Notes: generated from the sequence alone by a model not told the origin. A DNA stretch of 64,000 nt from an uncultured Clostridia bacterium (GCA_964633415.1 CAZWFY010000008.1:1898-65897), one strand, 5' to 3'. Counted from the first letter of the stretch, positions 1 through 10,167 are shown. Numbers and translations: made by a program.

Positions 1-140
1 TAAAATTCATTTTTCCTCCAGATTCTGAATATATTCAAAACTTCATATATTGTCAAGGAAGAATCACAATTTTTCAATCTTTACCATTAGAAATATATAT
101 CGTATAATTACATTTTAAATATTTTAGTCCGGAGGGAAAG

Positions 141-1397
141 ATGAAAGTTCTCGTAATCGGTTCAGGCGGCAGAGAGCATGCATTAATCTGGAAAATATCT
201 CAATCGAAAAGAGTTGAAAAGCTGTTCTCAATACCGGGGAATGCAGGGATGGAAGATCTGGCTGAAACTGTTCAGATAAATGCATCAAATATTGTTGAAA
301 TAGCGGATTTTGTGGAAGAAAACGGGGTTAATTTGACGATAGTAGGACCGGAACTCCCGCTTTCACTCGGAATTGTAGATGAATTTAATAAAAGAAATCT
401 TAAAATTTTCGGACCTACGAGAAAAGCCGCAATGATTGAAACATCAAAGGCTTTTGCAAAAGAGTTTATGAAAAAAAACAAGATTCCGACAGCTAAATAC
501 AGCACTTTTAATTCGGCAATAGAAGCCGTTCAGTATATAAAAACCGCAAAATTTCCTTTAGTTATAAAAGCAGATGGGCTTGCGGGTGGAAAAGGTGTTT
601 TTATATGCAATAACAGCAGAGAAGCCGAAAACAGTCTCCGACTGATCTTCCTTGAAAATAAATTCGGAAAAGCGGGAGAAAGCGTTGTTATCGAAGATTT
701 CCTTCAAGGTAGAGAAATGTCTTTTATGGTTATTTCCGACGGAAAAAGAGCAATACCATTGGTAACATCAATGGATTACAAAAAAGCATTTGATAACAAT
801 AAAGGACCAAACAGCGGAGGTATGGGAGCCATTTCACCCTCTCCGGATATTACCGAATCCTTATATAATGAGATAATGAAAACAATTATTATTCCTACTA
901 TTGAAGGTATGAGATTCGAAGGTAAAGAGTTTAAAGGAGTTCTCTATGCCGGTTTAATGATCACAAAAAAAGGTCCCAAAGTTCTCGAATTCAATGCAAG
1001 ATTCGGTGATCCCGAAACTCAAGCATTGATGCTGAGATTAAAAAGTGACCTTCTTGACCTGTTGGAAGGCTCGGTTGAAGGCAGCCTTTATGATATTCCG
1101 GTCGAATGGAATGAAGATGTTTCCGGATGTGTTGTGCTCACTTCAAAAGGATATCCGGATAAATATGAAACGGGTAAAAAAATAGACGGTCTGAAAAGAG
1201 CAAGTACTTCGGGTGTGGAGATATTCCATGCCGGAACCGTCAGCGAAGGTAAAGAGATAATTACAAACGGCGGAAGAGTTTTAAACATATGTGCAAAGGG
1301 AAGTACATTAAAGGATGCAATGAAAAAGATATATAATGCAATAGCATTTATAAAATTTGAAAATATTTCCTTCAGAAAGGATATAGGTGGTGCATAA
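141..1397 (+). CDS. purD: Phosphoribosylamine--glycine ligase (GAR synthetase)
   Basis: 418 aa. Typical PurD N-terminus MKVLVIGSGGREHAL, ATP-grasp core and length. A GGAGGG RBS lies upstream. Confidence 0.9.
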   Translation: MKVLVIGSGGREHALIWKISQSKRVEKLFSIPGNAGMEDLAETVQINASNIVEIADFVEENGVNLTIVGPELPLSLGIVDEFNKRNLKIFGPTRKAAMIETSKAFAKEFMKKNKIPTAKYSTFNSAIEAVQYIKTAKFPLVIKADGLAGGKGVFICNNSREAENSLRLIFLENKFGKAGESVVIEDFLQGREMSFMVISDGKRAIPLVTSMDYKKAFDNNKGPNSGGMGAISPSPDITESLYNEIMKTIIIPTIEGMRFEGKEFKGVLYAGLMITKKGPKVLEFNARFGDPETQALMLRLKSDLLDLLEGSVEGSLYDIPVEWNEDVSGCVVLTSKGYPDKYETGKKIDGLKRASTSGVEIFHAGTVSEGKEIITNGGRVLNICAKGSTLKDAMKKIYNAIAFIKFENISFRKDIGGA

Positions 1398-1901
1398 ATG
1401 AAATATTCTATCGGTATAATTATGGGAAGTGATTCCGATTATCCCTATATGGAGGGCGGGATCAAACTTCTTAAAAGTTTTGATATACCCTTTCTTGTTG
1501 AGGTCAGTTCCGCTCACAGAACTCCCGAAAGGACGGTTGATCTTGTAAGATCATTCGAGAAAGAGGGTGTAAAGATAATTATAGCAGCCGCCGGGGGTGC
1601 AGCTCATCTTCCGGGAGTAATAGCAGCTCATACACTTTTACCTGTCCTCGGTGTTCCTATTACATCTTCAATATCCGGGCTTGATTCACTCTATTCAATT
1701 GTTCAGATGCCCGGAGGAGTTCCGGTTGCAGCATTCAGCATCGGAAATTCCGGAGGAATAAATTCAGTTTTATTTGCCATGGAGATCCTTTCTCTTAATG
1801 ACGAAAAAATCAGAGAAAAATTAGTTGAGTTTAGAATAAATCAGGAAAAGAAAGTTATTGAGAAAAGCCTAAAACTAAAAGAGAAAATCAACAAGGGATG
1901 A
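1398..1901 (+). CDS. purE: N5-carboxyaminoimidazole ribonucleotide mutase (PurE)
   Basis: 167 aa. Conserved SSAHRTP and AAGGAAHLPG motifs. Sits immediately downstream of purD. Confidence 0.9.
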   Translation: MKYSIGIIMGSDSDYPYMEGGIKLLKSFDIPFLVEVSSAHRTPERTVDLVRSFEKEGVKIIIAAAGGAAHLPGVIAAHTLLPVLGVPITSSISGLDSLYSIVQMPGGVPVAAFSIGNSGGINSVLFAMEILSLNDEKIREKLVEFRINQEKKVIEKSLKLKEKINKG

Positions 1902-3145
1902 ATTTTTATGTCTACTATTTCGGCTGTAGAACAAATCAGGCTGAGATACAGGAATGGATCATTGATCTGGAGAACAACGGATATAAACGGACTGATTCCT
2001 TAAAAGATGCGGATTTCGGAATTCTCAACACTTGCAGTGTTACCGCAAAGGCTGAAAAAGATGTAATTCGGTATATCGAAAAAATATATAAAAAAACCGA
2101 TATCAGATGGTTTATTGCCGGCTGCACAACAACGAAAGAGGAGACCTCACTATCCAAAAGGTATAAAAATTATAGATTTCTGAATAATATAGAAAAAACA
2201 AAATTGGTTGAAACAATAATGGATGAATTTCCTCTTAATGACAATATTATATTCCACTCTCATTTCAGATCAAGAATATTCCTTAAGGTTCAGGACGGCT
2301 GCAACTTTAACTGTTCATTCTGCATTGTTCCTTCTCTAAGGGGAAAATCGGTCAGTATTCCTCTTGAAACTATCAAAGATAGAGCTCAATATTACTCTTC
2401 ACTTGGATACAGAGAAATAATATTGACAGGAATAAACCTCTCTTCTTACGGATACGATCTTTTCCCGAGAAAAAATCTCCTTGATATTGTAAATATACTT
2501 AATAAAATAGAAGGAATCGAACTTATCAGACTCAGCTCTCTTGATCCCAGATTTATTAATTTTGATTTTGTCAAAGAACTTAGTCGGATAGACAAAGTTG
2601 CTTTAAGTTTTCATTTTTCATTTCAAAGCGGAAACAATTCGGTTTTAAAAAGAATGAAAAGGTTGAGCAAAGTCAAAGAATATGAAAAGATCCTCTCTGA
2701 TTTTACAAATTTTTTCCCTGATGCAAATTTCGGCTCCGATTTTATAATAGGATTCCCCGACGAATCTGAAACAGAATATCTTGATACTATAAGTTTTATA
2801 AAAAATAACGGATTGAACTATCTTCACACATTTCCATTTTCACCACGCGAAGGAACAAAAGCAGCTCTTTTAAACCGTATCAACGGAAAAACGATGAGAA
2901 AAAGAGTTGAAGAATTTAAAGAATTGAACAAAGAGTTAAAATTAAGATACAGAGAAAAATTCAGGAAAAAGATAATTCTCGGGATAGTGATCAGTGAAGA
3001 TAGGGAAAATTCTCTTGTGGTTACAACAAATTATCTTCTTGTGAAAGTTCCTCTGATCAAAGGTTATCAAAAAAGATCGGTAAATGTTAAAATAACAAAA
3101 ATAGTAAATGAAAATCTTTGCGAAGGAAGAATTGTCAATAATTAA
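1898..3145 (+). CDS. mtaB: Radical-SAM methylthiotransferase, MtaB-like (MiaB/RimO family)
   Basis: 415 aa. UPF0004 N-domain (FGCRTNQAE), CxxxCxxC radical-SAM motif (CNFNCSFC) and a TRAM-like C-terminus. ATGA overlap with the purE stop. Confidence 0.75.
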   Translation: MNFYVYYFGCRTNQAEIQEWIIDLENNGYKRTDSLKDADFGILNTCSVTAKAEKDVIRYIEKIYKKTDIRWFIAGCTTTKEETSLSKRYKNYRFLNNIEKTKLVETIMDEFPLNDNIIFHSHFRSRIFLKVQDGCNFNCSFCIVPSLRGKSVSIPLETIKDRAQYYSSLGYREIILTGINLSSYGYDLFPRKNLLDIVNILNKIEGIELIRLSSLDPRFINFDFVKELSRIDKVALSFHFSFQSGNNSVLKRMKRLSKVKEYEKILSDFTNFFPDANFGSDFIIGFPDESETEYLDTISFIKNNGLNYLHTFPFSPREGTKAALLNRINGKTMRKRVEEFKELNKELKLRYREKFRKKIILGIVISEDRENSLVVTTNYLLVKVPLIKGYQKRSVNVKITKIVNENLCEGRIVNN

Positions 3146-3605
3146 AAGAATTGTGTGTCCGTTACTCGTAATATTTTTAATTAATACTATTTCCTACACA
3201 ACTCTTTATGGAAAAGAGAAAAAAGATTCTTTAAAAAGACCGTTGGAACTTTCTCTTTTATTCCCAGGACTCGGACAGATAAAAGAAAAAAAATATTTAA
3301 AGGGAATTCTCTTTTTATCCGGAGAACTATTCCTTCTGGCGTCGGCAATTTCAAACAACAGGTTGGGAAATGAAAACTATTCAAGATACAGGAATGCAGA
3401 TACGGAAACAGATGTTATTCGATTTAGGTTTGCTGTAGAAAAATTTGATAAACGCAGAAATATCTTTCTGTTTACCGGAATAACTATCTGGGCACTGAAT
3501 ATGCTTGACATCTACTTTCATATAAAAAAAAAAATTAAAATATCAATCTTAATAAAAAATGATAAAGACAAAAATTTTACTATTGGCTTTAATTATAGCT
3601 TTTAA
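3108..3605 (+). CDS. Small membrane protein with PGLGQ...YLKG motif (TM2/DUF5683-like)
   Basis: 165 aa ORF with hydrophobic segments. The start is uncertain because it overlaps the mtaB 3' end by 38 nt. The motif resembles the one in ORF 24713..25201. Confidence 0.4.
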   Translation: MKIFAKEELSIIKRIVCPLLVIFLINTISYTTLYGKEKKDSLKRPLELSLLFPGLGQIKEKKYLKGILFLSGELFLLASAISNNRLGNENYSRYRNADTETDVIRFRFAVEKFDKRRNIFLFTGITIWALNMLDIYFHIKKKIKISILIKNDKDKNFTIGFNYSF

Positions 3606-4281
3606 TCTAATGCCGGGCTGTAAAGAGAGGCTTTTTAACAACCCTCTTGATCCGGATAAAGATGAGAGAGGCTATAGCATCGAATCCACTATAAACCTTA
3701 AATCGGGAATTATACCTGTCGATATGACTTTTGCAGGAGATTCACTCTGGATCTCGGACGGGAGTTCTTCACTCTATTCCATAAATTATAATTCGGGAAA
3801 TATAATTAGAATCTTAAATAACGGTTCCGGCAATATTTACGGCATCTGTTACGACAACTCAAATCTCTGGACAAACACAAATTATTTTTCCGAATTAAAT
3901 AACATAAGTATAATAAGCGGCGAAATAATAAATAGTATCAAAATCCCGGAAGGCAATTATTCTTCAATGGACTTTTTTAATTCCACAATATATATTTCAG
4001 ACAAAAAAACCAATTCCATCAAAATTATCAACCCTCAATCCGGGGAAAATATTGGAGTTATTAATGCACCGTCTTTTTCAATAGACGGTTTTTGTTTTAA
4101 CGAAAATTTCTTATGGATACTGGAATCTTCAACTTTAAAATTATATAAAACAGATATCAACGGCAATATCATTAACAGCTTTAAGACACCGTCGGATTCT
4201 CCAACCGCTCTGGCATGCGGTAAAGATTTCATATGGATAGCTGACAGGAACGGGAAAATATATAAATTAAACTTTCAGTGA
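3559..4281 (+). CDS. Lipoprotein with about five 40-aa beta-propeller-like repeats (glutaminyl-cyclase/NHL-like fold is possible)
   Basis: Signal peptide plus lipobox (LMPGC). Repeated xLWIxD...G.II blades: DSLWISD, SNLWTNT, STIYISD, NFLWILE, DFIWIAD. The stop overlaps the GTG start of the next gene (GTGA). Confidence 0.55.
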   Translation: MIKTKILLLALIIAFNLMPGCKERLFNNPLDPDKDERGYSIESTINLKSGIIPVDMTFAGDSLWISDGSSSLYSINYNSGNIIRILNNGSGNIYGICYDNSNLWTNTNYFSELNNISIISGEIINSIKIPEGNYSSMDFFNSTIYISDKKTNSIKIINPQSGENIGVINAPSFSIDGFCFNENFLWILESSTLKLYKTDINGNIINSFKTPSDSPTALACGKDFIWIADRNGKIYKLNFQ

Positions 4282-6113
4282 AAACATTACAAATATTTTT
4301 AACAATATTAATTGTCATGATTACCGCAGACATATCGATCCTCGCAAAAAATCTTGCAAAGCTCAAGGGAGATTATCTGTTATACAGTTTTGACTACGAT
4401 TATATTCTGGGAAAAGGTAACATTGAATTAAAGCTTAAAGATTTTGTGGCTACAGGAGACCGTATTGACATTGATATTCCAAACAAAAGATGCAGAATCA
4501 CTTCAAATGTCACAATCATATCCGGAAATAATAAATTGATAAAATGTGATCTTTTTTATCTTTCTTTAGCTCCTATATCCTTCAAATGTTTTAACTTCAA
4601 AGATACGATTGAGAGCTCCGGAGGAAAAGAGAAAAAATCAAACTATCGGTTTAAATCCCTCACTTTTACAAAACTTAAAGAATCGCTTCTCTATTTTATC
4701 GGTAAAGAGATATCAATAAAAAATAACTGGAAGATCTTCGGCAAGGAGATAACCGCTTTTGTCGAAGGAATTCAATCCGTATCTTTTAGATCCTTCAGGT
4801 TGAATCGTGGCCAGCCCGACCGCAAAAGCCCTTTTGTGATCAATAAACTTTGGTATTATAAGGGTACAGGGCTGCTCGGTGACATATCATTACGATCAGG
4901 AAAAAATATTAAAAAAATAAAACTTAAAACAGAGAATAATTTAAGAATGAAGTATGACCTGTTTAATAAATATTCCGGATATTCCGCTCCCGGCGTATAT
5001 TTCAAATCAAAAAATTCAATCTCATTGAAAGATAAAAACACACTCTTTGTAGATCTGAACTATATTAAAGATAATGTATCACAAGCAGTTATGGGATACT
5101 CTTTTAACAATAAAAAAGCGGTGGAAGCAAATATATCCGTAGATCTTAAAAAAAATTTTTCCTCGGAAAATAAATTGTGGATAAGATCCTACTTAAAACT
5201 TGATATGAAAAATGCAGGTATACTTTCCCTAAATTACAATTATGAAAAATCAAGAGATTATACCGGGAGTTTTAACTATAGAAAAAAATTCGGAAAAAAT
5301 CTTAAATTACTTGCCGGCGGATCTTTTTCGGGGTCAAGAACCGGTCTTACGGAATTTAACAAATTGTCGGAATCAAGAATAAATCTGGACTATTCCACAA
5401 AAATATTCAATCTATCGGCCGACTATTCATTAAACAGCGAACTACTATACAATAGAAGTATATCTTCTCCAAAGTTTAATTTAAATTTTATTCCGGTCAT
5501 TTTTTACAAAGGGCTTTTAAATATCACTGTTTCCTCAACGGCTATTTTCAACAATATCACAAGAGATGGAATTACTGAAAACAGTTTCAGGTCCAACACG
5601 GTTATGGGATTATCAAGTAAAAAAATAAAATTGGACAGATCTACTAACGTTGAATTTTCAATAAGGAGTGAAATGCTTTTTGATAAAGATCAGTCGGAAA
5701 ATTATACATCGGAAGGATTGATAATAAAGGGGGAAAAAAAAATATTCGGAAATACAAATCTGGAGTTTAGATATAATTACTTCACAAGAAGAAGAACAAA
5801 AAACTGGTTTATTGAGGGTACGGCTGCATCAGATATAACAATGCTTTTAAGAAACTCGGTGAAAAACAACAAAAGTAATTTCTGGGGATCAATCTCCTAT
5901 GATATAGATATGGGAAGATATACATCTTCGTATCTGAATTTTGAATTATTTCTTGTAAAAAACTGGTATCTTCAAACACTTGTCAATTATGATTTTATTT
6001 TTAAAAATTTAACCTATAATGTTTATCTCGAAAGAAAAGCCGGAAAATATAAATTCAGGATCTCATACCGATCCCTGATGAAACAGTTCCAACTTGAGGT
6101 TCTTCCAAACTAA
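4278..6113 (+). CDS. lptD: LptD/OstA-like outer-membrane LPS-assembly beta-barrel, compact form
   Basis: 611 aa with a signal peptide. N-terminal OstA-like repeats: GNIELKLKDFVATGDRIDIDIPNKRCRITSNVTIISGNNKLIKCD, cf. GNV...ADxAxY motifs. Long C-terminal region of alternating amphipathic beta-strands. rsmA lies immediately downstream, as in E. coli lptD-surA-pdxA-rsmA. Confidence 0.5.
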   Translation: MKTLQIFLTILIVMITADISILAKNLAKLKGDYLLYSFDYDYILGKGNIELKLKDFVATGDRIDIDIPNKRCRITSNVTIISGNNKLIKCDLFYLSLAPISFKCFNFKDTIESSGGKEKKSNYRFKSLTFTKLKESLLYFIGKEISIKNNWKIFGKEITAFVEGIQSVSFRSFRLNRGQPDRKSPFVINKLWYYKGTGLLGDISLRSGKNIKKIKLKTENNLRMKYDLFNKYSGYSAPGVYFKSKNSISLKDKNTLFVDLNYIKDNVSQAVMGYSFNNKKAVEANISVDLKKNFSSENKLWIRSYLKLDMKNAGILSLNYNYEKSRDYTGSFNYRKKFGKNLKLLAGGSFSGSRTGLTEFNKLSESRINLDYSTKIFNLSADYSLNSELLYNRSISSPKFNLNFIPVIFYKGLLNITVSSTAIFNNITRDGITENSFRSNTVMGLSSKKIKLDRSTNVEFSIRSEMLFDKDQSENYTSEGLIIKGEKKIFGNTNLEFRYNYFTRRRTKNWFIEGTAASDITMLLRNSVKNNKSNFWGSISYDIDMGRYTSSYLNFELFLVKNWYLQTLVNYDFIFKNLTYNVYLERKAGKYKFRISYRSLMKQFQLEVLPN

Positions 6114-6114
6114 A

Positions 6115-6915
6115 ATGGCACGCCAAAACTTAGGACAACATTTTTTAAAAGATAAAACTCTGGCGAAAAGAATAGTTTCGTCACTCACTCCTTTTTCGGG
6201 TGATGTTATCGAGATCGGTCCGGGAAAGGGAATTCTTACCGAAGAAATAATTCTTAACGCTTCAGATTTATCTGTTTTTGCAATTGAGAAAGATAAAACA
6301 CTTGCAGATGATCTTGGAAATAAATTCGGATCCGGATTAACTATTGTTAATGATAGTATCCTTAATGTAAACATTAATGAGCTGATACAAAAAGGGAACG
6401 CAAATATTGTCGGAAATATTCCCTATTATATATCAGCGGAGATTTCGGACTGGATAACAGATCAATCATCTAAAATTTCAAAGGGCATACTTCTTGTCCA
6501 AAAAGAGTTCTTCGAAAAGATAACGGCTCAACCGGGATCAGGAAAATATAACCCGAGAGGAATAATATTTAACATTGAATTTAAAATAATAAAACTCTTC
6601 AATATTAAACGGGGATCATTTTCTCCGCCTCCCAAAGTAATTTCAACTCTTTTTTTATTCGAAAAAAACGATACAATAGTTATTCCGGAAATATTAAAAC
6701 CAAAATTCCGGAAATTTCTTGATCTCTCTTTTAAGAATAGAAGAAAAACTTTTCTTAACAATATTCAAAAAGAATTCGGTTTAGAGAAGAGCAAACAATA
6801 TCTGGAATCGGCAGGTTGCAAAACAAATATAAGAGCCGAAGAAATTTCTCCGGATATTTTCTTAAAAATATTTTGCCTTATAAAAAAAGATCAGGATAAT
6901 CCTGTTATATTGTGA
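6115..6915 (+). CDS. rsmA: 16S rRNA (adenine1518/1519-N6)-dimethyltransferase
   Basis: Start set at MARQNLGQHFL by homology. SAM motif EIGPGKGILT and NIPY motif present. Confidence 0.85.
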   Translation: MARQNLGQHFLKDKTLAKRIVSSLTPFSGDVIEIGPGKGILTEEIILNASDLSVFAIEKDKTLADDLGNKFGSGLTIVNDSILNVNINELIQKGNANIVGNIPYYISAEISDWITDQSSKISKGILLVQKEFFEKITAQPGSGKYNPRGIIFNIEFKIIKLFNIKRGSFSPPPKVISTLFLFEKNDTIVIPEILKPKFRKFLDLSFKNRRKTFLNNIQKEFGLEKSKQYLESAGCKTNIRAEEISPDIFLKIFCLIKKDQDNPVIL

Positions 6916-8543
6916 CCCGTTATATCAATATCAATACCTTCCGCAGACGGCACTTTCGGCAATCCCGGCATCAACATTATATCTCCTGAAATCGGAATAA
7001 GATATCCTGCTCCGTTTGCAATATCTATCTCATTTATATTAAGCCGCCATCCGGTCGGGACATTTAATTTTTTCTTGTTATCGGAAAAAGAGAGAGGTGT
7101 CTTTGCAATGCAGACCGGATATTTACCCATACCGAGCTTTTCAATTGTCTTTAACTTTTTCTTTGCATCCCATGAAAAAATAACTCCGTCAGCTCCGTAA
7201 ATATCTCTTGCCACTTTTTCGATCTTAAGCATAACAGGGTCATCAACATCGTAAACTCTTCTGAATTTGCCATCCGACTTGTCCGCAAGATCGGTCACCT
7301 TTTCCGCGACATCCATAACTCCTTTTCCTCCGTGAAGAAATCCCTCGCTTCGTCCCACCGGAGTACCATGATCTTTTGAATATTCTTCTATTGCTTTGAG
7401 TTCCTCCTCTTTATCATCCGGAAAAACATTTATGGCAACCAAAGGATTAAATCCCAGGTTTTTTATATTCCGAATATGCTTCCCGAGATTGGCAAGACCG
7501 GTTTTAAGCGAAGCAAAATTTTTGCCGCCACCCTGATGCCTCAAAGCTCTTACCGTCGCTACAAGCACAACCGCATGAATATCATAATTTGCAAATCTTG
7601 ATACAAGGTCCACATATTTTTCAAATCCAAGATCCGAACCGAATCCGCATTCCGTAACTACATAATCACTAAGCTTTAAACCCAGCTTTGTCGATACCTG
7701 ACTATTTGTTCCAAAAGAAATGTTTGCAAACGGACCACTGTGAATAAGAGCCGGAGTATTCTCTATTGTTTGAACAAGATTAGGCTTTAGTGCTTCCCGC
7801 AGAACAGTCGCCATTGCACCACCAATGTTAAAATCTTTTGCATATACCGGTTCATTGTTTCTTGTAAAGCCAACGAGAATTTTTCCTATTCTTTTTTTCA
7901 GTTCATCAAGATCGGTTGAAAGAGTCAATATTGCCATGATCTCACTCGCAGCTGAAATTATAAATCCGTTCTCTCTCGGATACCCCTGCCCTTTTCCTCC
8001 AAGCCCGATGACCATATTTCTCAAACTACGGTCATTCATATCCATAGCTCTCTTCCACAATATTTTCCTGGTATCTATTCTTTTACTGTTTGAATAGTGA
8101 ATATGATTATCAACAACCGCAGACAAAAGATTGTGTGCCGTTGTGATCGCATGTATATCCCCAGTAAAGTGTAAATTGATATCCTCCATTGGAAGAACCT
8201 GTGAATATCCTCCTCCGGCAGCTCCTCCCTTAACGCCGAAAACCGGACCCAGAGACGGTTCTCTTAATGTCACGATGGATCTCTTTCCCAGCCTGTTAAT
8301 ACCCATTGACAAACCTACCGAAGTCGTTGTTTTACCCTCACCGAATTTTGTCGGGGTTATTGCGGTCACAACTATAAGTTTCCCGCTCTTTTCTTTACTT
8401 AACCTCTTTAATGCTCTTAATGAAACTTTCCCCTTAAATCTTCCGTAAGGCCAGAATTCATCTTGTGTTATTCCAAGATCCTCTCTGATCTTTTCAATAT
8501 CAAAAAGTTTTGCACCTCTTGCGATCTCCATATCACTTTTCAT
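6891..8543 (-). CDS. fhs: Formate--tetrahydrofolate ligase
   Basis: About 550 aa FTHFS. The P-loop TPTKFGEGKTTTSVGL is present. Start chosen at MKSDMEIARGA (the supplied ORF extends 15 codons further). GGAGG RBS. Confidence 0.9.
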   Translation of the reverse strand: MKSDMEIARGAKLFDIEKIREDLGITQDEFWPYGRFKGKVSLRALKRLSKEKSGKLIVVTAITPTKFGEGKTTTSVGLSMGINRLGKRSIVTLREPSLGPVFGVKGGAAGGGYSQVLPMEDINLHFTGDIHAITTAHNLLSAVVDNHIHYSNSKRIDTRKILWKRAMDMNDRSLRNMVIGLGGKGQGYPRENGFIISAASEIMAILTLSTDLDELKKRIGKILVGFTRNNEPVYAKDFNIGGAMATVLREALKPNLVQTIENTPALIHSGPFANISFGTNSQVSTKLGLKLSDYVVTECGFGSDLGFEKYVDLVSRFANYDIHAVVLVATVRALRHQGGGKNFASLKTGLANLGKHIRNIKNLGFNPLVAINVFPDDKEEELKAIEEYSKDHGTPVGRSEGFLHGGKGVMDVAEKVTDLADKSDGKFRRVYDVDDPVMLKIEKVARDIYGADGVIFSWDAKKKLKTIEKLGMGKYPVCIAKTPLSFSDNKKKLNVPTGWRLNINEIDIANGAGYLIPISGDIMLMPGLPKVPSAEGIDIDITGHNITGLS

Positions 8544-8615
8544 CATATCCTCCTTGCAAAGATTACCAACACCGGAATAATTAGTCAAATTTTAACTACT
8601 TTTCCTCCGATTTAC

Positions 8616-8644
8616 TTGACAAATATCGTAAAATCTTATTAAAT
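8616..8644 (+). promoter_or_regulatory. Sigma70-like promoter (TTGACA-17-TTAAAT) for the transporter gene
   Basis: Read directly from the sequence upstream of 8695. Confidence 0.35.
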
Positions 8645-8694
8645 GTACTATCAAATATATTAATTATTTCCGGTTAATTTACAAGGAGATGTAG

Positions 8695-10167
8695 ATGACT
8701 AAAAAGATTGCAGTTATTTTATTAATATTGTTTATCAGTGGAGGAGTTTTCGCACTTGCAGAGACAACAACCGTAGAAAACTCAAATATTTCACACCAAA
8801 ATATCACAACCGAAAACGGCGGGCATGAGAAGATCGGTGAAGAGTTACCTATGTGGTCGGCAATACCGTTTGTGGGAATACTTCTCTCAATAGCTCTTTT
8901 CCCACTTCTTGCTCCGAAATTCTGGCACCATAATTTCGGTAAGGTTTCTCTCTTCTGGGCTCTCTCTTTTGCTGTTCCGTTTTTTCTTCACTATAAATCA
9001 TTGGCAATCCATGAGATACTACACATATATCTTATTGATTATATTCCCTTTATCATCCTCTTATGGTCGCTGTATACCGTCTCAGGCGGGATTCTTCTCA
9101 AAGGTTCAATAAAGGGTAAACCTCTTACTAATTTAATTATGCTGATTATCGGAACTTTCCTTTCGTCATGGATCGGAACAACCGGTTCCGCAATGCTTCT
9201 TATAAGACCGATAATCAGATCAAACTCAGACAGGAAATATAAAGTTCATATTATTATATTTTTTATCTTCCTCGTTGCAAATATAGGAGGCTCTCTTACA
9301 CCTCTCGGAGATCCTCCGCTTTTCCTCGGATTTCTTCACGGTGTAAAATTCTTCTGGACCTTAAAAGTTCTTCCCGAAATGGCATTTGTTTCAATAACTC
9401 TTCTCGCAGTATTCTTCTTCCTTGATACTTACTATTATAAAAAAGAGGATAAAAAAGAGGAAAAAGTCACAGAGAAGGAACCTATCAGGATTCTTGGTCT
9501 TCACAATACAATTTTTCTCCTTGGAATTATAGCCGGAGTTCTCTTTTCCGGAAGTTTTCATCTCGGTCACTTCAACTTTTTCGGAATTCACCTTACTTAT
9601 GAAAACAGTATAAGAGATTTTTTCCTTGTATTTATGGGAATTCTTTCATTGGTAACAACAAAAAAACTTATAAGAAAAGATAATAATTTCACATGGTTCC
9701 CAATCCAGGAAGTCGCCATTCTGTTTGCAGGGATTTTTATGACAATAATCCCTGCTCTTCTAATATTAAAAGCCGGGGTTCACGGTCAATTCAAGTTCAT
9801 TATTGATGCGGTTAAAGAGCCTTGGCACTATTTCTGGATAACAGGGAGTTTGTCAAGTTTCCTTGATAATGCACCTACATATCTGACTTTTTTCAACACA
9901 GCACTCGGACAATTCTTCTCCGGAGTTCCGGAAGCTAAAGCAGTTCTTACCTTAATGACAGAGAAAGCCATCTATCTGAAAGCAATTTCAACAGGAGCGG
10001 TTTTCATGGGAGCAATGACCTATATCGGGAATGCACCCAACTTTATGGTTAAATCAATTGCAGAGGAGAATGGTGTTACAATGCCGAGCTTTTTCGGATA
10101 TATGGTTAAATATTCATTTATTTTCCTTATCCCGGTGTTTATTATTACAACACTGATTTTCTTTTAG
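8695..10167 (+). CDS. ArsB/NhaD-superfamily ion transporter (CitMHS-like permease)
   Basis: 490 aa polytopic membrane protein. Repeated TPLGDPP...FL and IGNAPN motifs, typical of the anion-permease ArsB/NhaD fold. N-terminal signal-like segment plus a hydrophilic extension. Confidence 0.6.
   Translation: MTKKIAVILLILFISGGVFALAETTTVENSNISHQNITTENGGHEKIGEELPMWSAIPFVGILLSIALFPLLAPKFWHHNFGKVSLFWALSFAVPFFLHYKSLAIHEILHIYLIDYIPFIILLWSLYTVSGGILLKGSIKGKPLTNLIMLIIGTFLSSWIGTTGSAMLLIRPIIRSNSDRKYKVHIIIFFIFLVANIGGSLTPLGDPPLFLGFLHGVKFFWTLKVLPEMAFVSITLLAVFFFLDTYYYKKEDKKEEKVTEKEPIRILGLHNTIFLLGIIAGVLFSGSFHLGHFNFFGIHLTYENSIRDFFLVFMGILSLVTTKKLIRKDNNFTWFPIQEVAILFAGIFMTIIPALLILKAGVHGQFKFIIDAVKEPWHYFWITGSLSSFLDNAPTYLTFFNTALGQFFSGVPEAKAVLTLMTEKAIYLKAISTGAVFMGAMTYIGNAPNFMVKSIAEENGVTMPSFFGYMVKYSFIFLIPVFIITTLIFF

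Noticed and set aside
1-140. Possible purine riboswitch upstream of purD
   Set aside because: The leader is only 140 nt in this window. It lacks the conserved purine-aptamer core (the U-rich junction and P2/P3 loop complementarity) and no plausible three-way junction could be folded by eye.
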